Shown here piece by piece: positions 32,201 to 44,200 of a DNA stretch of 64,000 bases. The position numbers were made by a program, and so were the translations under genes. Position 1 is the stretch's first letter. Each line of letters starts with the position of its first letter. This DNA comes from Bugula neritina (taxonomy: Eukaryota; Animalia; Bryozoa), in NCBI GenBank assembly GCA_964035545.1, contig OZ037767.1:13625801-13689800 (forward strand). The letters are read 5' to 3'. The notes beneath the pieces were generated by a model. The model did no database searches. It saw only the letters and a list, made by a program, of their open reading frames with translations, and was not told where the DNA came from.

Positions 32201-35200
32201 TGCATTTATACCTTCACAATTTTCAGTCAGAAATTTAATTTGGCCCAGTTGAAATTTTAACGAGTTGAATTGCATTGCAAAAGCCACCCGTCAAAATTGT
32301 TTCATTGTGATAGCTTAATTGGCAGAGCTCAGGATAATAATCAAAAGGAATAATAACTCCTTGTAGATATCGGTATTCAACTATGGCTTTGGAGACCAGA
32401 TGATGTACTTCAACATTAAATAAAGCTTCATATTTATAATCATATTGGCCTACGCTTTCTCAATTATCGCTTTTATGTTGCCAACTTGAGTATTCATTAC
32501 GTTTTTAAAGAGTCATATTTCATTATTGGAAAGTGAGCTTCCGCATCAATATGAATTCACCGAGTTTCAGTAAGACTATAAAGGGGAGTGAAATTAACTG
32601 AAACTCGGAACTTTTTTCAGCAGAGGTATAAACGTAACTTAAAGCATATCGTGTAACCGTGAAATACCAAACTGACTTACAGGTACTCCGCCGATGGTGA
32701 TGCCCTTGACCTGCGTGACAAACTCGTAGTCCTGATCAGAAAGGTCGCTGCCGTTCTCTGATTGTTGATTGGTTGCTGACGGCTTGTTGTGTTGAGTTAT
32801 TTCAGGGTAGAGGAGGGGCAAGTGATCTGCTAACAGGGCCAGGCCGCCGAGTCCTGGAGGGCAACAGAAGTAGAGTGAGAGGGACAAATGCAGACATGGA
32901 AAGGAAGCTGAGAGACATACTAGAGTTTACCAGCAGAGTATGACTTATTCCAGTGAATACACACAATGTCTCTCTCTACACCTACGGCTAGGCTTGAGCT
33001 ATTCCTCCACCAATTCTGCTGAATCATTACATTTTATGAAAAAAGAAGCCGTTCTCCAAACATTGGCAGGTAATCAATGTGAGTGCAGTCACATCACGGT
33101 TAGTATAGTCACATCACTGTGAGTATAGTCACACTATACTAACGAACCTGTGAATATCTTGAGAGTGGAACTGGTCTCCAGATTCAGTTGGTATCCAGGG
33201 ATGGCGCCGTCCCCAGCTGCTGCGCTACTCTCCTCCGGGCCGTTATATATCTCAAGGCTAATGAGTTCGGTACCCTGGCGGAGGTCTCTCTCTGTCAGAG
33301 CCAGTATCACCTCGGCCACCGTCACCGAGCCGTCTAGGGCTTCGTCTACGTACACGTATGTCACATTATATAACAGTATGTCACATTATATAACAACATG
33401 TCATATTATATAACAGCATGCCACATTATATAACAGCATGTTACATTATATAACAGCATGTCACAGTATATAACAGTATGTCACATTATATAACAGCATG
33501 TCACAGTATATAACAGTATGTCACATTATATAACAGCATGTCACATTATATAACAGCATGTCACATTATATAACAGTATGTCACATTATTACATAACAGT
33601 ATGTTGTACAGAGTATATTTACCAAACATAGCACATAGCAATACAGAGTGTTAGTGTGTTTGTTATACCCCACTTTAATATATTATATAGCATAAACTAT
33701 AAGATATATTGTGATATAGCAGACGAATCATAACGCAGCTGTAACGGTATAGAATGCTTTCTAACATAAGTCTTGTGTGGAGCCATGATATAGCTTCACT
33801 GGATGTTTACTAATAATACACCAAATCCTAAAGAATTGTGTAGAGCTAAAGCAGGGTATCATGCCTTTAAAAATGTATACTGAACACACAGATGATATTA
33901 CCTGATAACTTTGGCTGCATAAACTTGACCTTCTTGATTGCACCTTTCATCTTTCCCTGATCCGTTTGACTGGCATCGCTGGAGCCTGCTTTGGTCTTTC
34001 TCTTCTCTTTACTGGCCTGTGCCACCGAGGACATTGTGCACAGCATGTCGTCTGCAATATACAGCATGTGTTACCAAGTAGTATAGTGTAGTGTAGTGTA
34101 GTGTAGTGTAGTGTAGTGTAGTGTAGTACAGTGTAGTATAGTATAGTGTAGTACAGTGTAGTGTAGTGTAGTGTAGTGTAGTACAGTGTAGTGTAGTATA
34201 GTGTAGTGTAGTGTAGTATAGTGTAGTGTAGTGTAGTGTAGTGTAGTGTAGTGTAGTATAGTGTAGTGTAGTGTAGTATAGTGTAGTGTAGTGTAGTATA
34301 GTGCAGTGTAGTGTAGTATAGTGTAGTGTAGTGTAGTGTAGTGCAGTGTAGTGTAGTGTAGTGTAGTGTAGTGTAGTATAGTGTAGTATAGTATAGTGTA
34401 GTGTAGTGTAGTGTAGTGTAGTGTAGTGTAGTGTAGTGTAGTGTAGTATAGTATAGTGTAGTGTAGTGTAGTGTAGTGTAGTATAGTATAGTGTAGTGTA
34501 GTGTAGTGTAGTGTAGTGTAGTGCAGTATAGTATAATATACTATAATGTATTACACTGTATTATAGTATACTATAGAGAAGATATTAATAAAGTACTACC
34601 ACAGGCAGTACCCATTGGGTCGACAGTATCCAGATACTGGGAAGGAAAGGAACTGGAGGAGTTGGGAAGTTCTTTCTTCACCACTCGGTTGAGAGCTGAT
34701 GGATCCCTTTTCTTGTCTAAAAGTATACAATACACATTTAGCTGATGTGTTGAACATGACTCACAGACAAGCAGACGTGTAGACAAGCAGATGTATAGAT
34801 AAGCAGACGTGTAGACAAGCAGATGTATAGATAAGCAGACGTGTAGACAAGCAGACGCGTAGACAAGCAGACGCGTAGACAAGCAGATGTATAGACAAGC
34901 AGACGTGTAGACAAGCAGACGTGTAGACAAGCAGACGTGTAGACAAGCAGACGTGTAGAGCCAGCCAGTTAAGAAAATGGCAGACTAACACCAGTCTGCA
35001 CATATAAACAGCTCAAGATCTGACAAACATTTATTTTTACTGGTGGGTTTGTCTGGTGAAACAATAAATGTTGGAGAACATAACTTCTTACTGACCTTGG
35101 AGTGAGAGGACATCAGCTATCTGTGCCATAGTATCGTGTATAGACACTAGCAGAGTGCAGGTGGAGTGGCCCACCCCAACCCCCATTCCCAAGTGATTGG

Positions 35201-38200
35201 CGGTCAAAGAACGGAACTTATAGTTGACGTTCTGAGCCTTGATGGCCACGTAGACCTTCTCATCTTCCAGCATAGTCTGGAGTAGTAGATTCTTCATAAA
35301 ACTGGATAGGGAGGTGCTACCAGCCACTACAATAGAAATAGTTCGGTGAAGAGAGCCCAGTCTATACAAAATAGAACATGGAATAAATACTATCATGTTA
35401 TATATCTACACCAGAGTTGGGTATAGGAGGTGGGACATACCAGAGTTGGGTATAGAAGGTGGGACATACCAGAGTTGGGTAGAGAAGGTGGGACATACCA
35501 GAGTTGGGTATAGAAGGTGGGACATACCAGAGTTGGGTAGAAAAGGTGGGACATACCAGAGTTGGGTAGAGAAGGTGGGACATACCAGAGTTGGGTATAG
35601 AAGCCAACACTCGAAGGAGGTTGCACATGACCTCTGAAAAGGTCAGCTGATTCACAGTGTGATTCAAAATAACAGTCTTGAAGAATGCCACAACTGAAGA
35701 CTCTAAGCTGGGATCTTCCACGCACTGTTTGCTCCCTGAAACACATAACATCAAAATATAACTCATCCCTACATCACAATATAGTCCATCCCTAGATCAC
35801 AATATCACTCATCCCTACATCACAATATAACTCATCCCTGCATCACAATATCACTCATCCCTGCATCACAATATGACTCTCCAGATTAAAATATTATTTT
35901 GATATTGGTATTACTTTGCCGGCAAATGAAACTTATATTGCAATTCATGGGTAACTGAAAATCTCAGTTTTTTTCCATGCTCATATCACATAATGGCAAG
36001 TTGAAGCTGAAGGTGCAGACGTATTTACGTGTCACGGACGTCTGCCAAGTTGACAGGAAAGAGACTCACCATTGGTGCAGAGCTCAAGGAGCAGAGCCCA
36101 GAAGAGTTGGCCCTCGGGACCACCCATCCAGTCCTTGAGTATCGGGTTGGCTGAGGAGCACTTCTGGAAGAAGGCGAGGATTGTGGGTAGTGACTTCCTG
36201 GTGACAGTCACCGAGTTCACTGAAACAATTATAAGATTTATACATGATGCCGGCACCAGGAATTGAAAATTGATAAACTGAAGTGATGACCTACGACAAA
36301 CTTTAACATAATATTGTGTTTCAAGTAATAATGAAAACTATAAACTACTCAGTCTTTCCAGTTTCCGGCAACGACTAACACGGTGAGAAGAGAAACGACA
36401 CTCAGCCCCATAATCAATAAACTACATCTACTTTGTAATGACTAATTATTTTTAATACTAGACATCAAAATAATACCTTATTTGACATCTACAAAGACAG
36501 ATATTTCTGGCATTTTTCAGAGTTGAGATTGGATTGCGACAACTCTATAAGAAGTAACTGACCTATGGATATCTTACACAACATAACTGCCCGGAAACCG
36601 AATAAATGAGAACATGAAGCTGTGAAACTGTCTAGACCTACCCTGTCTCCGCGGTGGTGTGGGGGAAGCTAGGCCAGGGCGCTGAATCTCACGAAGACAG
36701 AACTCGGTGACGGCCTGACTGAGTACTCGAGGCAGACACGAGTCAATCAGCAACTGAGCGCAGAGGTCGGACTGGGTCGTCGAGGCCAACACACTCAAGT
36801 AGTGGTCATTCATCACCACATCCTGTTTGAATTTACAGTCTCCTTTCCTTTCATCTGTCAGCATCTCTGTCAGATATATATAACATACAACCAATGACAG
36901 AACTGCTCTTAGTCAGACTAAGTGAGTGGAAGATCAGCTCTTTAAGATTTTATCTGAGGAACTTTTGACAGATCTGTAGACTATTTTTAGAAGCAACCAC
37001 CATAAAATAAGTATCCGCAACAAATAAAGACTAATAACGTGTCCTTCTGTAACTCGAGCTATAAGTGCCAGTATTTGTTTTAAAAAACCAAACTAAAAAT
37101 ATTATATATTAATAGCTGGACTTCACAGGAAAGTAATCAGGTGCAAGTGTTTAAAACTGTGCAAAGGATACAGCAACAACTTCACTACGATACTTGGGAT
37201 GTCCAGACATGTTTTAATCATAACTGTTTTATTAGAATTACGTACAATAAAAAATGTTGCTAGCAAAAATTGATGTATCCAGCGAGTATTATAAATGTTG
37301 GTGATTGTATATGAGTTTAGGTTTACATATGTATTTGTATAGGTCTGTGATTAGTACATCTGTGTCAGTAATGCACTAAACACAGAATTATGAGTATAAA
37401 ACAGTATTCTCATTTTCTACTTCCAAATCGCACAAACACATTAGATAGCTTGCTCTTTCATAAATGGTAAACCCAAAGTTAGTTGATATTCCATATTTTT
37501 ACCACTAAATCAAGATTCTAGACTTCAAGTCCAGTTATCAATAATGTATGCCTTTCAAGTCTTTTAGAACTTCCCTAAGCACAATTCTGGCTAACAACCC
37601 CAAAATTAAGCCCTTCAGAGTTCTCATATAATCGGTATCACTGTAATGTTAGTATATGTCAGCATATGTTAGTGGGAGTAGACTGGCTCTACAGTCACTG
37701 CGCTGCCAGTCAGCTTACTGGTTATTTATGTAGGCAGCAGGCAGAGAAACTTCTACAGTTGATGCTATTCACAGAGTATTTTAATAAGTGAAACCATTAT
37801 TGGAACGACAACAAAAAAAAGAGAATTTTTAGAATTTCAAAAATCATATTACAGTATAAAAAAAGCCCTAAAGGAGCTGAGAAGTGCTAGACAAAGCTGT
37901 CAGTTTCAACTGTAGAGGCAGCGAGAGAGGACAAAGCTGCCAATGTATAGGCAAGGATCTGCTCACCGTGCTGAACGTCATCTTTGGTATCGTCCGTCAC
38001 ACTGGCCCGGAGAATCTCGTTCTGGTCCGGCGCCGGCACTGAGCTGGCATAGAACTCCTGCAGCACCGTCCGGTAGTACCTCAGATCCACCTGGCATATG
38101 GCGGCCATGACGTTGTGGACAGCTCTCCTCAGTGCCATGTGCTTGCTCAGTGACAGTGACCAGCTGAACAGGTGGCTGTAAGGTGCACCGAGAGACAATG

Positions 38201-41200
38201 AGCATACAAACACTTCATCCCACCAGTACAATAAAGCCATCTGGTATAACAGATAAACAGAACAAAAGAACAACGTAATAATCATGTTTTATCAGCAGTT
38301 ATGCCCACCTGAAGAGTTCAGGAGACAGAAGAGTTGAAACGTCAAGCAGTGCGAGTTGAGAGGCTTTGCTGATGACAGCTGCCACGCACTGTACGTGTAT
38401 CTTAGAGGGGCGGATCACTCCTGAATCGACAGCACTAAGGGGTGGAGAGGAGACAGCGTAAGTGGCGCAGTCATCCAGCCACTTTAGCATCTGGGATACT
38501 CTAAGATGTATACATAAGATGTAGCAGTCATGTGACTATTAGAGAGAGTCATGTGACTATTAGAGACAGTCATGTGACTATTAAAGACAGTCATGTGACT
38601 ATTAGAGATGGTCATGTGACTATTAGAGAGAGTCATGTGACTATTAGAGAGAGTCATGTGACTATTAGAGAGAGTCATGTGACTATTAGAGAGAGTCATG
38701 TGACTATTAGAGAGAGTCATGTGACTATTAGAGAGAGTCATGTGACTGTTAGAGAGAGTCATGTGACTATTAGAGATGGTCATGTGACTAATACCATGTG
38801 ACTATTAGAGAGAGTCATGTGACTAATAGAGTCAGTCATGTGACTATTACAGACAGTCATGTGACTATTACAGATGGTCATGTGACTATTAGAGACGGTC
38901 ACATGACTCTTAGAGATGGTCATGTGACTATTAGAGATGGTCATGTGACTATTAAAGAAAGTAGCAATACCTAAAAAAGTATAGCCCAAGTTCTAGCATA
39001 CATAAATCATGCAAAAAGTTGGCTGCTGGTAAAATTTAGCCTGAACTTGAAAACAAAATTAGAAACTCAAGCCAGCCATCAATCCACAATCACGTGGTTA
39101 GCAGTAACATCTGGTAAACTTATAGAAAGCAGCTCATACTACATCTGGCACCTGGTGGGTTCCAGCAAGACAATGGGTAGAATAAGTATAGCCCACATTG
39201 AAGCTACATATAAATGTTGACACATTTTATTCAACCCTTTCCCACTGGTCACAATTACTAAATTCCGCCAGGAAACTGAATGCACAACTATAGCTCAAGA
39301 ATGGGGATCAGCTTCAACTCTTGCTGACTTCAATACTTTAACATAATATGACAAACTCTGTGTCTCTTCTGAGGACCAGAGGCTAGAAGTAAAAGAAGAG
39401 AACCTGAGGACAAGACTGAGTACCTGGAAGCTGAGTGTGCATCTCTATGGAGACATATCCTGTACAGTATCTCAGACGTGGCATCAGTGGCCATAGAATC
39501 ACAGTCTATGAGTACGAGATCTCTCTTGTTCTGTCGAAGTAGAATGTCTATCACCATCTTGCTCATCTCCACAGAGCCCAGGGAGAGCTCTATGATAACC
39601 TAGAGAACAGACGTAAGTACAAGAGGTAAGTACAAGAGGTAAGTATAAGAGGTAAGTATAACAGACGTAGGTGTGAGAGGTAAGTGTGAGAGGTAAGTGT
39701 AAAAGGTAAGTGTGAGAGGTAAGTGTAAGAGGTAAGTGTAAGAGGTAAGTGTAAGAGGTAAGTATAAGAGGTAAGTACAAGAGGTAAGTATAAGAGGTAA
39801 GTATAAAACGGTTACATCATATCTGGGCATAATTGTACACGCAGTGAATCTGAGCAAATACAGCATTAATATCAGAGACACAACATTTTAAAATTTAGAA
39901 AAAAACATCTAAAATAAAATGGCTGCAGCGAGAAAACCTCATAACACACAACCAATTAAAGCAAAGAACAAATTCTCAGCAGTCATTGACAACTCAAACT
40001 ATCTTATTCACAACTCAAAACAAGAGTTTTACGATTTCACCAAAAGGCAATCGTAAACTGATGACATATCGCACAAAGTTCTGCAAACCTTCTCAAGTTG
40101 TGTGGAGACAGAGGACTTCCTGTTGGAGACGAGGAGAGAGCAGCAGGTGAGGAGAAGCTGGTTCTTGTCCGGAATGGCGTCAATGACGGCTCCGGCAATA
40201 CCGGGTACGTGACTGAGACAGTGGTACAGCACTTGCAGCCAGCTCAAACTACACAGTGTATTATATTATTATATTACTACACAGTGTATTATATTATTAT
40301 ATTACTATACAGTGTATTATATCACTATATTACTACACAGTGTATTATATTACTATTTTACTATACAGTGTATTATATTATTATATTACTACACGGTGTA
40401 TTATATTACTATATTACTATACAGTGTATTATTTATTATATTACTACACAGTGTATTATATTACTATATTATGGCAAAGCGTATTACAGCATAGTAATAA
40501 ATAGTATATTATAGAACAATATTATATTACTAGATGGTATATTACAGGGTAGCAGTAGAGTATAAAGTTAAACAATATAACACTAAAATCAGCTAACAAT
40601 TTGCAGAACTAAAATGCTGCTTAAAACATCAATAGGCCTATAGGAGGTTTTAGGCTCACGATATATAACAACTATTCACTATGCACCAGTTCTACGCAGC
40701 TTCATGACAACAAAGCTGCCAGTCACCGAATTTAGAAGAGAAACACCACCCACAGTACATTAGCTAAGACTGACCAGTGAATCAGAGTAACTATGAATAT
40801 ATCCCAACATGCACTGATTAGCGTCGTACCTGGCATCCGTGTGTTGAGTTTGAGGGCCCGACTCGCTAAGACCAGGATATCCCAGGACACATATCTGCGT
40901 GAGACCAACAGTTGCGCTGTCAGTAGGTTTGTGTATTCTCATCGTCACCATGGTTACGATCTCGGCATTCAATAGGTGTATCTGTAACAGTGGAGATTAC
41001 GTAATCCCAACCAATGAAAGCAATTGCAACAACACCAGAGTATACATGCATCCAGTAACTGAGTTCATGCAGCATACAAGTACAGCATGACACGGAAAAC
41101 AAAGTAAGTACAACAATAGTAAATACAACAATAGTAAGTATAACAATAGTAAGTACAAAACAGTAAATATGACATGGTAGGTGGGTCATTCTACTTAATT

Positions 41201-44200
41201 TAGAACACACTGTGTAATATCTAGTGTTTAGCTATTTTTCACAGTTTAGCAGTTAATGTATATAGTTTCTTGCATTAAACTGATAGAATATTAACAAATA
41301 CAACTGAATAAGCAAGGTAGTTTTCTAATTTTGTTTCATTTCTTATGTTTTATCCTAATTTTTCAGTAAATTTTGGTGTGTAGGCATGATGCTTTTTTTC
41401 ATCACGCCCATACACCCAAATTTACTAAGAAATTATAACACTGTAAGTGTAACACAGTAACTAAAACATAAACCTACTTCTGGCAAGTAAAACACTGTAA
41501 GGAAAAACACTGTAAGTAAAACATATACTTACTTCTGACAATAGACATACATACCTTGATAGAGCTGTGGCCACTGGTAACTATGGGACGTCTGCAGGGC
41601 AGTGTGGGTAATCCGTCTCGGGACAACTCCACTGAAACTAACGAAGGCATTGCCCACTGAGGAGAATTCAGATACGGGTGAATCTGCAATACAAAGGTCA
41701 AGGTTGACAAATCTCAAGATAAAAACCACTCGGCTCGTCTCCGAAATGATTATATTTCTACTCAATGACTCGGATTGTCTGGTTTACCATCCTTTCCAGG
41801 ACAACGGTTACTTTAACCAAGATGGATGCCGTCGGAACAGCTAACAATAACTACATGTTAATACATTTACGGCTCACAATTTGCTTAATTTCGCTAAAAT
41901 AGAAAACCTTATGAAATTTGAAACTTGGGTTAAAAGTAATCAAGTAAAAACTCAAAGCAACAATTATGTGCGTCAGGTAGCACTTGCCTGAAAGGTTTAC
42001 AAGTTACTATCACAGTGTTTCCATGACTTCCAATTATGCAATAAATGCTCATAGAAATGAATTTGTGGTTGAGGTTTGGATGAACTTATCTGGTTTCATT
42101 CGATGCAACTATTTTCAAACATTGAACGAAAAATTCATTCGCATAATGGGAAGTTTGGAACCAGAGTGAAGAACTGATTGAAAGTCAGCTGATAATAGAG
42201 AAAAGGAGATGCTAGCCTGTATTTCCTTGACCAGAACAGCGCAAGGTAGGAGCAGGTTGAGGTCGACCCATGGCTGACCAGGAGCAAACTTGTGACTCCA
42301 GGGGGCCGTGCGAGCTCTTCTGTGAGTCTGACTGGCTTGTATCAGCGAGTACATTGGGCTAACAGATGGAATCGTCGAGAAAATGTTACCTACAAAAAGA
42401 ACACACAAGTGTTAAATGGCATGATTTGAAGGTCCATTAAAAACATCAACAAAAATGTGTGGAAGATGCCAATAAATAACTAGAATGAAAATATTGAGTT
42501 TTGGTATAAATATTTTCATTTAGAGTTTTATTAAATTGAGCCGAAAAACTGATTGAGACAAGTTTTAATCAGATAGTAGTTGGCATCAGCACAATGTGAT
42601 CACATCGTGTGCGTTAAACATTCAAACTATAAACTTGAAACATCAAAACAGAGTAACACAACTCCTACATAAGCTATTAAATAACTGTAAAAGTCAAGCA
42701 CTTTGACATTGCAATTTACACTCTAACTACATAGGGGTGTAAAAATACTGAGTGATTGTATGAGAACAATTAAAACAGGCACTTTGTATACAATAAAAAT
42801 ATGCTAGTAATCCCAAGTTTCAATAGGCCATTGATTTCTAATTCAAATAAACCAACAGGAGCTTGTAATGTGAGCATAGTGTCCTATGTTAAGGCAGCAT
42901 TGGCTACTACAGCATATTTCTTATTACGACAGCACTAGAACCTCTTTAGTCTTTGTAAAAAAAGTATAAGTCAAAAGAGAGACCATGCAGTAGAAGTTCT
43001 GGCACTGATTAGACCCACACTTATAGGATGTGAAGATAACAATTCTATAGACTATACCCTATTCTAAGTTTACAACAGAGGAAACTAATAACAAAGGCAT
43101 CTAAAGGGAAGTTAATATACAGCTTAGTCGGCGTTTAACTTGATGACTCTCGAAACTATTGGTTGAGGTAAGTAGTACCATCTTGAGGAACATATCAAGA
43201 CACATCCCGTCACTTTCCCAAGTATTTAGTTAATTTCTTGCTAATCTTGTGACCACCTTTCATGTAAACAACTAGAGATGAACCTGGTGCCACTTCTTTT
43301 GATGAAAATTATCAACAGGAAACAGCAAAGACCATGTACCCCGCTGACCTTAAACCTCCCAACAAACGCCTGGCGAGTTTGCCCGACATCCAAGACATGG
43401 ATGACGTAATGAAGCACACCGTTACGGGTCATTGTATCAAAGCAATGATCTCCGACCCTTACGGACACCCAGTTTTTGCTGCCATTGATGTGAAGGTAGG
43501 TAAAACTTTGCTAACTTGCACAGCTTGGTGGTAGTGTGATCGAGGTAGTCAACATGGAGAATTACCTCAATCAGACTCAAATTATTTGCTGCCGAATACA
43601 ACATTACGCGCTTCAATTTTAAGGATAGTTGAGCTGTCCTAATGAAACACCTGTCCTACATAATCGCTGCATTTCCATTGCTTCATTATGTGAATGAACG
43701 AATTTGTGGTTGCGGTTTGCATAAACTAGTGGTTGGGGAGGTTCATTCAATGCAACTGTTTCTAAACATCGCATGAAAAATTCATTCCCATAATGCAAAG
43801 CATTGAAATGCAGTGAATGTCATTTCCCTGGACGCAGGTAGGAAGTGTGATGGTGTACGACGCAGAAGATCAACAGGTGCTAAGGAAGATAGGAGCTGGT
43901 TATCATGAGATGGACAGCGTAGCGTTTGATGAGCAGCATAACTTTGTAATGGCAGCCAACAGACCTGGGGCATGCTCCATCATGAAACACAACCTCAAAG
44001 GAGACCATGTGAGTCTGAAGCATTCCATTTTGAGTAGTATGAGGACAAACTAAAAGCAGTGCTTTTTTGGTGGGAAATAAATTCAGATGGTGTGAGCAGA
44101 AATGGCAACTTAAATTTTAAACTTGATTAAGGATTTATCCAAAAGTAACCTGGCACATTGAAATCACAATCACCAGTTTAGGTACCTAATATATGCATAG

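Noticed and set aside
38484-38989. SNSHMTL heptad-repeat protein
   Set aside because: Translation of the intronic 21-bp minisatellite; no exon support.
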